The translations under genes were made by a program, and so were the position numbers. This document shows positions 10,700 through 22,809 of a stretch of 64,000 nucleotides of DNA, piece after piece. Below the pieces are notes generated by a model. It was not told where the DNA came from and made no database searches. It saw nothing but the letters and a program-made list of their open reading frames with translations. Source of the DNA: Scyliorhinus canicula (Eukaryota); assembly GCF_902713615.1 (NCBI RefSeq), contig NW_024056011.1, positions 124,001 to 188,000 on the forward strand, read 5' to 3'. Position 1 is the first letter of the stretch. Each line of letters opens with the position of its first letter.

Positions 10700-13460
10700 A
10701 GTTGAGAGAAGCCAAACATTGCTGTTTGGTTGAGAAGAAGGTGAATTTTCAATCAGCTTTAAACAAAGGTTCTACTTGTAGCTACTTGCAGCTGGAGCTT
10801 GTTAATTAGTTCATTGGATTAGGTCAGTTTTCAGAGGCTCGAGTCACAGAATAAATCTGAGCTAGTTACAGTGCAGACGAGTGCTGAATTTGGGTGCATT
10901 TGAGTGATCTCGTGAGAGTTTGATAACTAAGGGAGTTAGGTGAGGAGGGGGTCAGCTGCTCCTTTCATTTAATTTCCTACATTTCCTCAGAACGTTAAGG
11001 GAGCCCGGAGTTTACAGTTGGTCCACAGTGCAGCTGTATTCTGTAAGGTAAGAGGGGATGGAGGCTAGGGCAGTTGCATGCTCCCCCTGTAGGATGTGGG
11101 TGGTGAGGGATACCACCGGTGTCCCCGATGACTATACCTGCGGGAAGTGCACCCAACTCCAGCTCCTCAGACGCTGTGTTAGGGAACTGGAGCTGGAGCT
11201 GGATGAACATCGGATCATCTGGGGTGTCTAGGGGGTAATAGAGAAGAGTTACAGGGATGTAGCCACACCCAAGGTACAGGATAAGAGTAGCTGGGTTACA
11301 GTCGGGGAAAGGAAACAAACGGGCAGACAGTGCAGGGATCCCTCGTGGCTGTTCCCCTTCAAATCAAGTATAACGTTTTGGATGCTGTTTGGGGTGGATG
11401 ACCTACCGGGGGAAGGCCCTAGCGGCCATGTCTCTGGCACTGAGTCTGGCTCAGGGGCTCAGAAGGGAAGGTGGGAGAATACAAAAGCAATAGTGACTGG
11501 AGACTCAATGGGTAGGGGAACAGGAGATTCTGCGGTCGCGAGCGAGACTCCCGGAAGGTATGTTGCCTCCCGGGTGCCTGGGCCAGGGATGTTTCGGATC
11601 GTGTCTTCAGGATCCTTAAGGGGGAGGGGGAGCAGCCAGACGGCGTGGTGCAAATTGGTATCAACGACGGAGGTAGGAAAAGGGGTGTGAAGGTAATAAA
11701 CGAGTTTAGGGAGTTAGGCTGGAAGTTAAAAGCCAGGACAAACAGAGTTGACATCTCTGGTTTGTTGCTGGTGCCACGTGATAGCGAGGCTAGGAATAGG
11801 GAGAGAGTGCAGTTGAACACGTGGCTGCAGGAATGGTGGAGGTGGGAGGGCTTCAGATACTTTGATAATTGGAGCTCATTCTGGGGAAGGTGGGATCTGT
11901 ACAAGCAGGAGGGGTTGCATCAGAACCAGAGGGGTACCAATATCCTGGGACGGAGGTTTTCTAGCACTCTTCTGGAGGGTTTAAACTAATTTGGCAGGGG
12001 AATGGGAACTGTCGTCCAGCATCTAAGGTAGCCGATGTTCAGGATGTCAAAGCGTGTAGTGACGCAGTGGGGAAGGTAACACTGACAAAGGAGAGTACTT
12101 TCAGGCACGGAGATGAGTTGAAGCGTGTATACTTCAACTCAAGAAGCATCAGGAATAAGGTGGGTGTACTTAAGGCATGGGACTACGGTGTGGTGGCCAT
12201 CACGGAAACCTGGATAGATGAGGGGCAGAAATGGTTGGAAGGTTCCAGGTTATTGATGTTTCAATAAGATTAGGGAGGATGGTAACAGAGGTGGGGGGTT
12301 GCATTGTTAATTAGAGATAGTATAAAAGCTGCAGAAAGGCAGTTTGAGGAGGATCTGCCTACTGAGGTAGTATGGGTAGAAGTCAGAAATAGGAAAAGAG
12401 CAGTCACCTTGTTCAGAGAGTGGTGGTGGATGGCAAAATTCAGCCTCAAGCCTAGTTACCAGTGGCGTACTGCAGGGATCAGTTCTGGGCCCTCTGCTGC
12501 TTCTGATTTTCATTAATGACTTGGATGAGGGAGTTGAAGGGTGGGTCAATAAATTTGCAGACGATACGTAGATTGGTGGAGTTCTGGATAGTGAGGAGTG
12601 CTGTTGTTGGCTGCAAAGAGACATAGATAGGATGCAGAGCAGGGCTGAGAAGTGGCAGACGGAGTTTAACCCTGAAAAGTGTGAGGTTGTCCATTTTGGA
12701 AGGACAAATCTGAATGCGGAATACAGGGTTAATGGAAGGGTTCTTAGCAAAGTGGAGGAGCAGAGAGATCTTGGGGTCTATGTTCATAGATATTTGAAAG
12801 TTGCCACTCAAGTGGGTAGAGCTGTGAAGAAGGCCTATGTTGTGCTAGCGTTCATTAGCAGAGGGATTGAATTTAAGAGCCGTGAGGTGATGATGCAGCT
12901 GTACAAAACCTTGGTAAGGCCACATCTGGAGTACTCTGTGTAGTTCTGGTCGCCTCATTTTAGGAAGGTCGTGGAAGCCTTGGAAAAGGTGCAAAGGAGA
13001 TTTACCAGGATGTTGCCTGGAATGGAGAGTAGGTCTTACGAGGAAAGGTTGAGGATGCTAGACCTTTTCTCATTAGAACGGAGAAGGATGAGGGACGACC
13101 TGATAGAGGTTTATAAGGTGATCAGGGGAAGAGATAGAGTAGACAGGCAGAGACTTTTTCCCGGGTGGAACAAACCATTACATGGGGACATAAACTTAAG
13201 GTGAATGGTGGAAGGTTTTGGGGGGGATGTCAGATGTAGGTTAGTTACCCAGAGAGTAGTGGGGGCATGGAATGCACTGGCTGTGGAAGTAGTTGAGTCA
13301 GAAACATTAGGGACCTTCAAGCGGCTATTGGATAGGTTCATGCATTAGACTGATGGGGTGTAGATTAATTTGTTCGTAATCCAGGAGCTAAAGTTTGGCA
13401 CAACATTGTGGGCCGAAGGGCCTGTTCTGTGCTGTATTTTTCTGTGTTCTATGATCTATG
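10700..13460 (+). mobile_element. CR1-clade (HER1-like) LINE with 5' UTR, ORF1, endonuclease start, internal deletion, RT end and 3' tail
   Basis: ORF1 has a Cys cluster and GDSM(G)RG esterase motif. ORF2 VYFNSRSIRNK..AITETW jumps at ~12420 to the RT region. KWQTEFNPEKCEV and RPHLEY present. Ends TTCTATGATCTATG. Confidence 0.9.
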
Positions 13461-13702
13461 TCTTTGCAATGGGTACAGGAAATTATTGTACCCTCTGTTA
13501 CTTAGTGTTCTGTGCAGAGGCAAATGGTGGGGATGCCGAGGATGAGCAGTGTTTCAGTCCGATTTCCCTGGGCCACCGAACACAATACAGAATTAAGCGC
13601 GAACTGTGTCGTTGAATAGACTAAATTTTTGCACTCTTTCCTGTTTATACCAAGGTGGTCAAAACAGGTGGTCGTTCACACCATCTGAGCCAATTTCCGA
13701 AA

Positions 13703-13923
13703 TTTTAAAAATAAATTCAGAATGCCCAATTATTTTTTCCAATTAAGGGGCAATTTAGCGTGGCCTCTCCACCTAACCTGCATATCTTCGAGCTGTGAGA
13801 TGAAATCCAGGCAGACACGGGGAGAATGTGCAACTCCACACAAACAGTGACCCGGGGCCGGGATCGAATCCGGGTCCTCAGCGGCGAAGGCATCAGTGCC
13901 AACCATTGCACCACCATGCCGCC
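13703..13923 (-). mobile_element. tRNA-derived SINE (short form)
   Basis: Head GGCGGCATGGTGG, B-box, TTGCCCCTTAATTGG...A/T tail. Confidence 0.85.
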
Positions 13924-14897
13924 TGCCAATCCAAATTCTAATTGTTCAATAAATGTATTAAATTCAAAATACCAAATTTGCGCGAATTAAGCTCATTGGG
14001 ATTTAAGTGATAAAAATATAGGTGAATGACACAATACTAATCATGAATCTTAAGTGGAAATTATTTAGCTTTGGCAATTTATGTTGAAATCTGTGTCAAA
14101 GTTCATTGGTTGCTGCAAGAGGCATTAGAAAGACAATCTGCCGGTGCACCGGGGAAACCACTGAATTTTAAAATTACCCTGGCTGTTGTACCAAAAGTTC
14201 GATTATTATTCACAAGTGTATTTATTCGGATAATTAGATAAATCGTATACTGAGTGAGACATGCTGACAAAGGCAAAGAGAAAAAGAGGAAAATCCAAAA
14301 AGTAATTGTTTAGAGCTCTCACTGATTGGTACCAAAATGTCGACAGCAACAACAAATCAGCCAACGCTGTCCCTGAGGAAGGTCCCCCGGTTTCTCAATA
14401 AGTGAAGTGAAGCCTGATCCTGATGCGAGCTACATTTTAATTTCATACGAGAACGATTAGCATATTTAGAATATTCTATTATTTTCTGCCGAACTGTCAA
14501 CCAGACACAACATACTCCCCATGTCCCTTATTGGTACTATTGGTCTTGCTGTGTAGTGAGTCTATGTTGAAACAGTTAGTGTGCCATCTAGATCTTATAT
14601 CTACTCTCTCCATTCAATACACTGAACGATTCTGCGCTTGTGTTACAGGAACGGGGCTCGAGGAGGGGGCAAGAACCAAGGGAGTTCTGTATCCCAGAAT
14701 TAACCTGAATTAACGGTTCGTGATGGACAGAGGATAACCATTGACTGTCATTTCTCGACAACCTACAGGAACTCAGATCTGTTCTTGTACATCGAATATA
14801 CTGGGGGAATTTCGAATTTTACTGAATATTGATATCGGTCGTGGGTCACACGTAACTCTGCAGATTTCCAAAACAGGTTAAGTGCTAGAATGGGGCC

Positions 14898-15000
14898 CGT
14901 ATAGGGTGGATACGTGGGTTTGAGTAGGGTGATCATTGCTCGGCACAACATCGAGGGCCGAAGGGCCTGTTCTGTGCTGTACTGTTCTATGTTCTATGTT
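14898..15000 (+). mobile_element. 5'-truncated SINE/LINE tail
   Basis: GAGGGCCGAAGGGCCTGTTCTGTGCTGTACTGTTCTATGTTCTATG. Confidence 0.8.
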
Positions 15001-15752
15001 CAACTTGTCAAAAAATGATAAAAATTCTCACCCGGTTGCTGTAACCAATGCTTATACAGTTGGCATGTGGTCTGCTGGTGCAAATTCTAATTTCAGGGAA
15101 CACCACTGAGCTGAGCACATGGCAACTGTACAATCAGCTGTTACGGGAAGCAATTAAACATTTCTCAGTCTCTCCATGTCTGTCAGTGAATGGCTCTGTA
15201 ATGCAACAGACACAGGATGAATCTGCACGCAGGTTACGGCATCAATCATTGGCAAAGCTGCTGCTGTTGACTGAGTGGGCTTGGAATGAATACGGTGAGC
15301 CTCCTGTAATACACCAGAGGTGAGAGGGCGAGAAGGCTATGAGCAGCTTTACATCCACCTGCGAGTTTATTTTACCATGTCATCTGAACGATGATGCCTC
15401 CAATGGTTAATTTTGTGCTCATGTCTATAGACTGGAGTATAACCCCATGACCTGCTAATTCTGAAGTAAAAGTGCTACCTACTGAGTCACAGCTGACTGG
15501 AGGGCCATTGTTATCTTTGCTGGGAGAGAAGAAATACTGATGCCGTTGACCCACAGTAAAGATTGCTGTAACAAGTACAGAAGCAGAGTAAAGTGTAATT
15601 AATAAAAGCAAATATCGTGAATTCTGGAAGTCTGAAATAAAAACAGAAAGCTGGAAATACTTAGCAGGTCTGACAGCATCTGTGGAGGGAGAAACTGATA
15701 ACATTTCACATTGAATACGACTTTTCTTCAGAAATGAAGGAAGGTAAAAATT

Positions 15753-16070
15753 ATAGAACAGAATTCCTACAGCGGAGAAGGAGGCCAATTGGCCCATCGC
15801 GTCTGCACCGACCACCCGAAAGAGCACACCACCAAGTCCGATGCCACCACCCCATCCCCGTAACCCAATAACCCCATCTAACCTTTAACCACTAAGGGGC
15901 AATTTAGCAGGGCCAATCCACCCCACCTGCACATCCCCGGACGGCGGGAGGAAAACTGAGCACCCGGAGGAAACCGACGCAGACACGGGGAGAACGCGCA
16001 GACCCTGCAGTCACCCAAGGCGGAATCGAACCCGGCCCCCCGGCGCCGCCACTGCGCCACCGTGCCGCCC
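15753..16070 (-). mobile_element. tRNA-derived SINE
   Basis: Minus-strand head GGGCGGCACGGTGGCGCAGTGG and conserved core. Confidence 0.85.
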
Positions 16071-16845
16071 ATATCATGGGTTATATGCTGTCAAAAGGGT
16101 GCGGGAACAAAAAGGAAGGTCTGCGATGGTTCGAGAATAGGAGAGATTAAATGACAAAGATGTCATGGAACAAAGGAAAAGAGAGTTATAATGGTTGGAG
16201 TACAGAGGCAAAATACCCAACCCCACCAGCATAAATAGACACCAATCGTCTTTGAGTTTGAAAACGTCTAACCAGCAACAACACCAGGCAAGTCGGAGTG
16301 AAACATCAATGTTGGCTGTTAAAAGGCAAATGTGAGGCGATCTTTTAATTTAAACCTCATTAGCGAATTAAGTAAGAATGCAAACGGATTTCTGGACAAC
16401 TGGTTTTATTGCCATTTCAAATAAATATCCCGAGATATAATTCATTCAATTGGGATGTTCCTCTTTTATTATCATCTGCTTCTCGTGAGCTTAGGAGGAC
16501 GTACCTTTGAGACTCTCCCACGTTTCTCATATGTTAACTGTGGCCCTTTGTAAGAAAGACTGTCCTAAATCGAGCTGGTGACTGCGGTGGAGGAACAAGC
16601 GGTTTAAATCTTGACGGATGAAAACACCAGTAGTAGTGATAGGTATATGTGGTTCTGATGGTTAACCTGACTGGGCAGCGGGAGATAGATATACTGACAA
16701 TATCCAGATAGACAGATTAGCAAATGGACAAATAATAGAACGACACCGAGATAAGTGAATTAATTTATTATTCCCTTATCCACGAATACTTTATTTAATT
16801 ATCCTTCCATATATAATTATATTTGTTTTGTTCCTGATTTGGCAG

Positions 16846-17110
16846 TTTTGCGTTGTGAGCTAGAGGGATTTCGGATTTCGTGTTGTCGGGGACCTTTTGG
16901 ACAAAGCATTTCACTTTATCACCACATCTCGATCGCCTTTACAAAATCTGTATTCTGAAACAGACAGGTCTCCAAATGAGTTCCCGATTGTCCCTCCTGT
17001 CATTCAGAGATAACATTCAGTGGTTTGAAGTATGTGTGCACCTGGACAAAGCTCCAGCATTCTTATTGGTTTAATAGTCAGATGTTGCTGTGTACTACAG
17101 TGCAGTAAGA
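16846..17110 (+). pseudogene. Decayed TCR V pseudogene with no recognisable RSS
   Basis: Acceptor TTTGGCAG; GQSISLYHH..VF*NRQ..VPD; after a frameshift HLDKA..**SDVAVYYSAVR. A possible decayed leader lies at ~16507-16549. Confidence 0.6.
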
Positions 17111-17887
17111 CAAGGGAAAAAGCCACCCAGTCTGTGGTTTTGGTGCCGTAGTAATCATGCCACTAAGTTAGTCGAATGAAATTTGAAATAGGAAGCTAAA
17201 TTCAGTGATTGTAATCGTCAAACTGTCACCTTTATGTCCATAAATGCCTAACTGATTCATTTGTGCCCTTTATGGAAGGAAATCTGTCACTCTGAACTGG
17301 GCTGACCTAAATCTGTCTCAACATGTGGTTTTTCACTGCCCGCTGAAATAACCGAGCAAGTAAAAATCTCCAACAAACATAATTAAATGTGAACCGTGTT
17401 ATTTAATAGAATCAAATATAATTTCACAGTTTTTTTTAAATTGCAATTACATTTCTCTCAATTTCACACAAAATCAGAGCTCGTCGAAACAGTATTCGGC
17501 CCCGTTGTAGCTGCCCTGGCAGTTTTTGCCGCTGAATGCAGAGGGAGAATTTCCCTGCAGCTGTTTCCTGCTCTATCTGCCATTGAAGTATTTTATGGGA
17601 CAGTGCACTGGAACTTTATTAGGTAACTAAGACGTGTGAGCTACTGATTGGGCAGTGAGGAGGGAGATATTTTGTTGTGTAATATATGTATAGTCCCTGC
17701 CCTGAAACTGTTTGATAGGGCAAATAAAGCCGATTTCGTTTCGTATCGATAAAATTTTCTTTCTTTATTTCCTGCCGCGCTCTCTTGCTATCTATGACCA
17801 TTTGCCTCCGTGTGCTCTTTGCAAGTACATAGATAGTCTGCAAGCCGTTTTATGTGTTGAACTGGAGGATTGTGAACATTGTGTTTT

Positions 17888-18195
17888 GGGCTGCAGGGTA
17901 GCATAGTGGTTAGCTTCACAGCGCCAGGATCCCAGTTTCGATTCCTGTTTGGGTAACTGTCTGTGCGGAGTCTCCCCGTGTCTACGTGGGTTTCCTCCGG
18001 GTGCTCCGGTTTCTTCCCACAGTCCAAAGTTGTGCTGGTTAGGTGGATTGGCCATGCTAAATTGCCCTTAGTTAGATAGAGTTACTGCGTTACGGGGACA
18101 GGGTTTAGGTGTGGGCTTAAGCAGGGTGCTCTTTCCAAGAGCCGGTGCAGACGCGATGGGCCGAATGACCTCCACTGCACTGTAAATTCTATGAA
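17888..18195 (+). mobile_element. tRNA-derived SINE
   Basis: Head, core GGGTTTCCTCCGGGTGCTCCGGTTTC and ..TTCTATG tail. Confidence 0.88.
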
Positions 18196-18432
18196 ATAAT
18201 AGAGCTTAATTCCACATAAAGTAAAAATAATGCTGCTGGCTTCAGTATGGTTAATAGACAATGTTTGTTCAGTGACTGTACTAAAGTCGGTCTCGATAGA
18301 CCACGCTTGTGTCCACAGAGGGTATTCCTTCTCTATTAATAAGGAAAACTTGCGATGTGTCATTCCACAATGTGGGTGAGGGCATCACCTCCGGCACGAA
18401 CAGGGATCGAACACTCGACAGAGAGGCTGAAA

Positions 18433-21386
18433 ATGGCAAAGAGTCTTTCACTAAACGGGCAGATAACAAATTTTCTCATTGAATTTCAGGAGGTGCTCTA
18501 TCCCACCCTGGCTGTTATTGGTGTTCCAAGTGAGTCTCTCTATTCAGCTATTAATTCGATAAGCTATGCTTAACTCTATTAATATTTTTGTCGATTATTA
18601 TCTCCTTATTGATTCGTGTTTCTCGCAAATACAACTACCAATTCCATGTATAATCTATCACATCATTGCTGTTCTCGGCTTTTTTAAGAAGTCGATCTAT
18701 ACACTGCTGCCATTTTTCGCACTGGTTTCGCTTTGTATCAATTGCCATTTGTTTAACTATTGCCCTGGAAACAATTTGTTGAAATGAGAACAATGAATGG
18801 TACGTTCTTACTGCTACATGTTTTTCGGTTTTAGATTAAAGTATGCTTGGAGCGTCAACCATTTAGAAATCGGAACTCTATTTAGATAAATATAAATATG
18901 TGTCCCGAATTTGAGAAAACACTCCGGGCTAATAGATTACAAGTAGTTGTTGGAAAATCACGCTCTAATAGCTGTATGGTTCAGTATGACACATCGCAAA
19001 TTCCTTTTCCAACCGTCAAACTCAAATCGCGATTCATTTTTCTATATGTTTTAATGTTGTAATAATCTTGAATTATCACCCACAGCTAAGTGGATTATTT
19101 TTCTTTGACTTTTCAATTTACGTACTTCCAAGTGTTATTTGAAATAATTGAATTTCCTGGCAGCTGCTGAAGGGATCTCCCAACTATTTTAGTGCTTAAA
19201 TGTTTTGTGTCTTCCTCTATACACGCAAATGCTTCTATCTGGTTAGTATGCCATTATATGAATTCAAGAGAACTTTGACATTCTGCCTGAGTCTCCATCT
19301 TAGGAAACGCATGAAGTTTCAAAATTATTTTTACTGGATGTGAGGCTTCGCTGACTAGGCCAGTATGTGTTGCCCATCTCTAATTGTCCTTCAGAATCTC
19401 GTGTTGAACTGCTTCTTGAAACGCTGCAGTGCACGTGATGCAGGTATACTCACTCTGCGATTAGGGAGGGAGTTCCAGGATTTTGACCCAGCTACAGTGA
19501 AGGAACTGAGATACATTTGCAAGTCAAGATGGTGAGTGACTTGAAGGGGAACCTTCAGGTGGCCGTGTTCCCACATATCTGTTGCCGTTGACTTTCTAGA
19601 TGGTCGTAGCCGTGGGTTTGAAAGCTGCTGCCACAGGAGCCTTGGTGAGTCGTGCAGAGTATGCTGGAGATGGTACACACTGCTGCTAGTATGCGGCGGT
19701 GCTGGAGTGAATGGGTGCTTATGAAGGGGTGCCAATCAAGCGTGCAGCTTTGACCTGGATGGTGTAAAGTTTCTTCAGTGATGTTGGAGCTGCAATCATC
19801 GAGGTAATTGGGGAGTATGCAATCACATTTCTGACATGTGCCTTGTTGTCAGTGGACAGGCTTTGAGCGTCAAGAGCTGAGTTACTCGTTGCAAATTTCC
19901 AAGCCCCTGGATGTTTTAAAAACTACATGAACTTTGTTACTTACATTGAAATGGTTTCTAGATTTCAGCGAAATGTATCCATACCATTAGCAATCTCGAA
20001 ACGTTCCGATAGAAAATGTGTGTAATCAGCTGACATTAGATATCACACCCAGTTACAAAATAATAAGTTTTCTTAATTTTAATTTCAATAAGCAATCTAA
20101 TTGATAGCTGTTTGAGAAAGCAGAAAGCCAACAATTTGGTATTTTATCCCAAAAGATCATTTCTGTTTTACGGCTGTTTTGAGAAAATTGTATGCCGCAG
20201 TGTCAGCGAAAAGAAGACAATTATTGTTCTGTTAATTTCCATTCATCACTCCATCGAATTGCACGTTTACAAACTTTAGGAATTGCTCAGTGGGATTGAT
20301 AATAGCACTTTGGGTGTAATTACACCACAGAGACTGTAACAGTTCAATGAGGTAATTCGTCGCCACCTTCACAAGGGCAATTAGGGATGAACACTAATGC
20401 TGAATAAGTCGTCGGCGCCCAAACCCTGTGAAAGAATTAAAATGCCTGATTTGTAATGTTCTGTTCTTTTTCTCTTCCATACAGTTAACTTGGTAACAAT
20501 TGTGATCCTGTGTCGTGGTAAATGTGGTCTCTCTAAATGTGTCACTTACTATCTGGTGGCCATGGCAGCAGCGGATCTACTGGTCGTTATCATTGACCTG
20601 ATATTGAGGCACATTCCTGTTCTTTATTGGAAACAGTTTTATTTTGTGTATGACATTCATGTGTGTAATATTCACGCCGTTGTGCTTTATGCAACCACAG
20701 ACTGCTCGGTCTGGTTCACTGTCAGTTTCACGTTTGATAGATTTGTAGCCATTTGTTGCCAGAAATGGAAAGATAAATATTGCACTGTGAAAATCACACT
20801 TGTTGTCCTGGGTACAGTGACCGGGCTGAGTTGCTTAAAGAATGTTTTCTGGTATTACATGCTATCACCAAGATATTGGCTTATCAATTTCCCATGGTTT
20901 TGTGAGGTGAGAAGCGGTGTTATGGAGTCTCAATTCTGGGCCACAATCGAATTTCTTCATAATATCGTTACCCCGTGTGTCCCGTTTATTCTGATATTGT
21001 TTCTCAACAGTTTAACCATCAGACACGTATTAGTGTCCAGCAGAGCCCGGCGGAGACTCCGGAATCACAGCAGTGGAGAGAGTATGAGAGACCCAGAGAT
21101 GGAAAGCCGAAGGAAATCCATCATTTTGCTATTTGTTATCTCGGCGAATTTCATGCTCTTATGGACAATGTTTATGGTTTACTCTATATGGTGGCGAATG
21201 TGGGTTCTGGGATCTGAATCTGTACGGTTTCCTGACTTTGTTCTGGAAATGGGCTTCATGCTGCAGCTCCTTAGTTGCTGCACAAACACTTGTATTTATG
21301 CTGTGACGCAGACGAGATTCAGAGAGCAGTTGATGCTTGTGGTGAAATATCCCATCGCAGTGTTTGTAAAATCAGTTAAAAGATGA
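18433..21386 (+). CDS. Two-exon class A GPCR, GPR139/GPR142-like (332 aa): exon 1 18433-18529, exon 2 20485-21386
   Basis: Exon 1 MAKS..LYPTLAVIGVP ends A|GTGAGT. Exon 2 follows CCATACAG and continues in phase (I-NLVTIVIL). Motifs: AMAAADLL, FTFDRFVAIC, TM5 P, TM7 SCCTNTCIY. No stops. Confidence 0.9.
19320..19900 (-). mobile_element. L2/CR1-type LINE 3' fragment inside the GPCR intron
   Basis: Same family as 5290-6390 (..FTVAGSKSWNSLP..LQRFKK). Confidence 0.75.
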
Positions 21387-22489
21387 AAAGCACACTTGAA
21401 GTGTTTCCCGCATCACAACTCAATTTATTTTTGTCCAACTCAGTATCCCTCAGAGTGTCACTGAAACAGTTTAATGCTAACCCAGCAGTGTCATACACTC
21501 TCCAAATTGTTGTCACAATATCAATTCAGAGCGAGTTGTGCGCACCCCGTCAAAATTTATACTGTGAACACTTTGACAGAAAACATTAGTTTATGTTATT
21601 ACAATCTCAAAGTGTGCTATTCATTGTACTCCACTGCCGAGGACTGACAATAATAAATAAATTATTAAATTCTTGACTTGTACATGCAATGAAAGTGATA
21701 TGACCCATGTGTGACCATCAACCTTGCCCCGTGTACAATGGAGAGAGGCACAGAACCGACTTATAACAGTGCAAGGGACAACTTCCAATTAGAAAGCAAA
21801 TACCGTTCCCCGACAAATACTCAATATCATCACAATTGTGGAGACACGATTTTTATCGTTTTTTAAAAATGATTTTTCCAGGATGTCAGTTTTGTTGTCT
21901 AGGCCAACATTTGTTACTCATCCATAATTGCCCTTGAGAAGGTGGTGGTGGCTGCGTTCTTGAACAGCTGCAGTCCATGTGGTGTAGGGACACCCACTGT
22001 GCTCTTACGGTGGGATTTCCCGGAATTTGACCCAGAGTCAGTGAAGAAACTGTGAATTCCACAGATTAACGACCCTGTGAGAGAAGTAATTTCTACTCGC
22101 CTTCGTTTTACATCAGGGTTACTAACTGCTGGAGTCCGAGCCTTTGGTTTTCTCTTTTAGCCAGAGCATTCACTATAGCAATAGTATTTAAATAGCAAGT
22201 GCAGTTCAGCTTTTGGTCTATGGTAAACCCAGGATGTTGATAATGGATAATTCAGTGCTGGTAGCGCCATTAATATCATGGGGCGATTGTTCGCTTCTCT
22301 TATATTTGCGATGGTGATTGCCTGGCAATTTTATGAATCGAAATTTACTTGCCATTTGTGAACCCAAGCATGGATATTGTCTAGGTCTTTCTGTATTTGC
22401 ACGTGACGGTTTCAGTGTCGAAGGAGTCTCGAATGGACTGAAAATAATGCAATCATCAGCGACCATGCCCACTTCGGACTTTTATGATG

Positions 22490-22800
22490 TACCGAAAGTC
22501 CCTGGATGCAGGAATGGTTCTGGTGGATTGTAAAAATGCTGATATAACGTAGATATTCAAAAAGGTGGGTTACAGAAAGGAGAAAACTATAGACAAGTTA
22601 GCTTAATATCTGTCGTTGGGAAATTGTTAGAATACATTGTTAAGGGAGTAAAAACAAGACATTTGAATAGTAAAAACGCAATATATCAGAGTCAGCATGG
22701 TTTTATGAAGGGTAAAGCGTATTTGACTAATTTGCTAGATGTCTTCGGAGATGTACCAAGCCACTTGGATAACGGGGATCCTGTAGATCTGGTGTATAGT
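22490..22800 (+). mobile_element. CR1 RT fragment
   Basis: NYRQVSLISVVGKLLE..SQHGFMKGKAYLTNLL..VDLVY. Confidence 0.8.
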
Positions 22801-22809
22801 GGTATACAG

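Noticed and set aside
17465-17560. Minus-strand AFSGKNCQ..EYCFDE, reminiscent of an EGF-FnI boundary
   Set aside because: Short, flanked by stops and without clear splice sites; probably chance.
18566-18787. IIYHIIAVLG as a duplicate GPCR exon 1
   Set aside because: No GVP motif or donor site, and the similarity is too weak.
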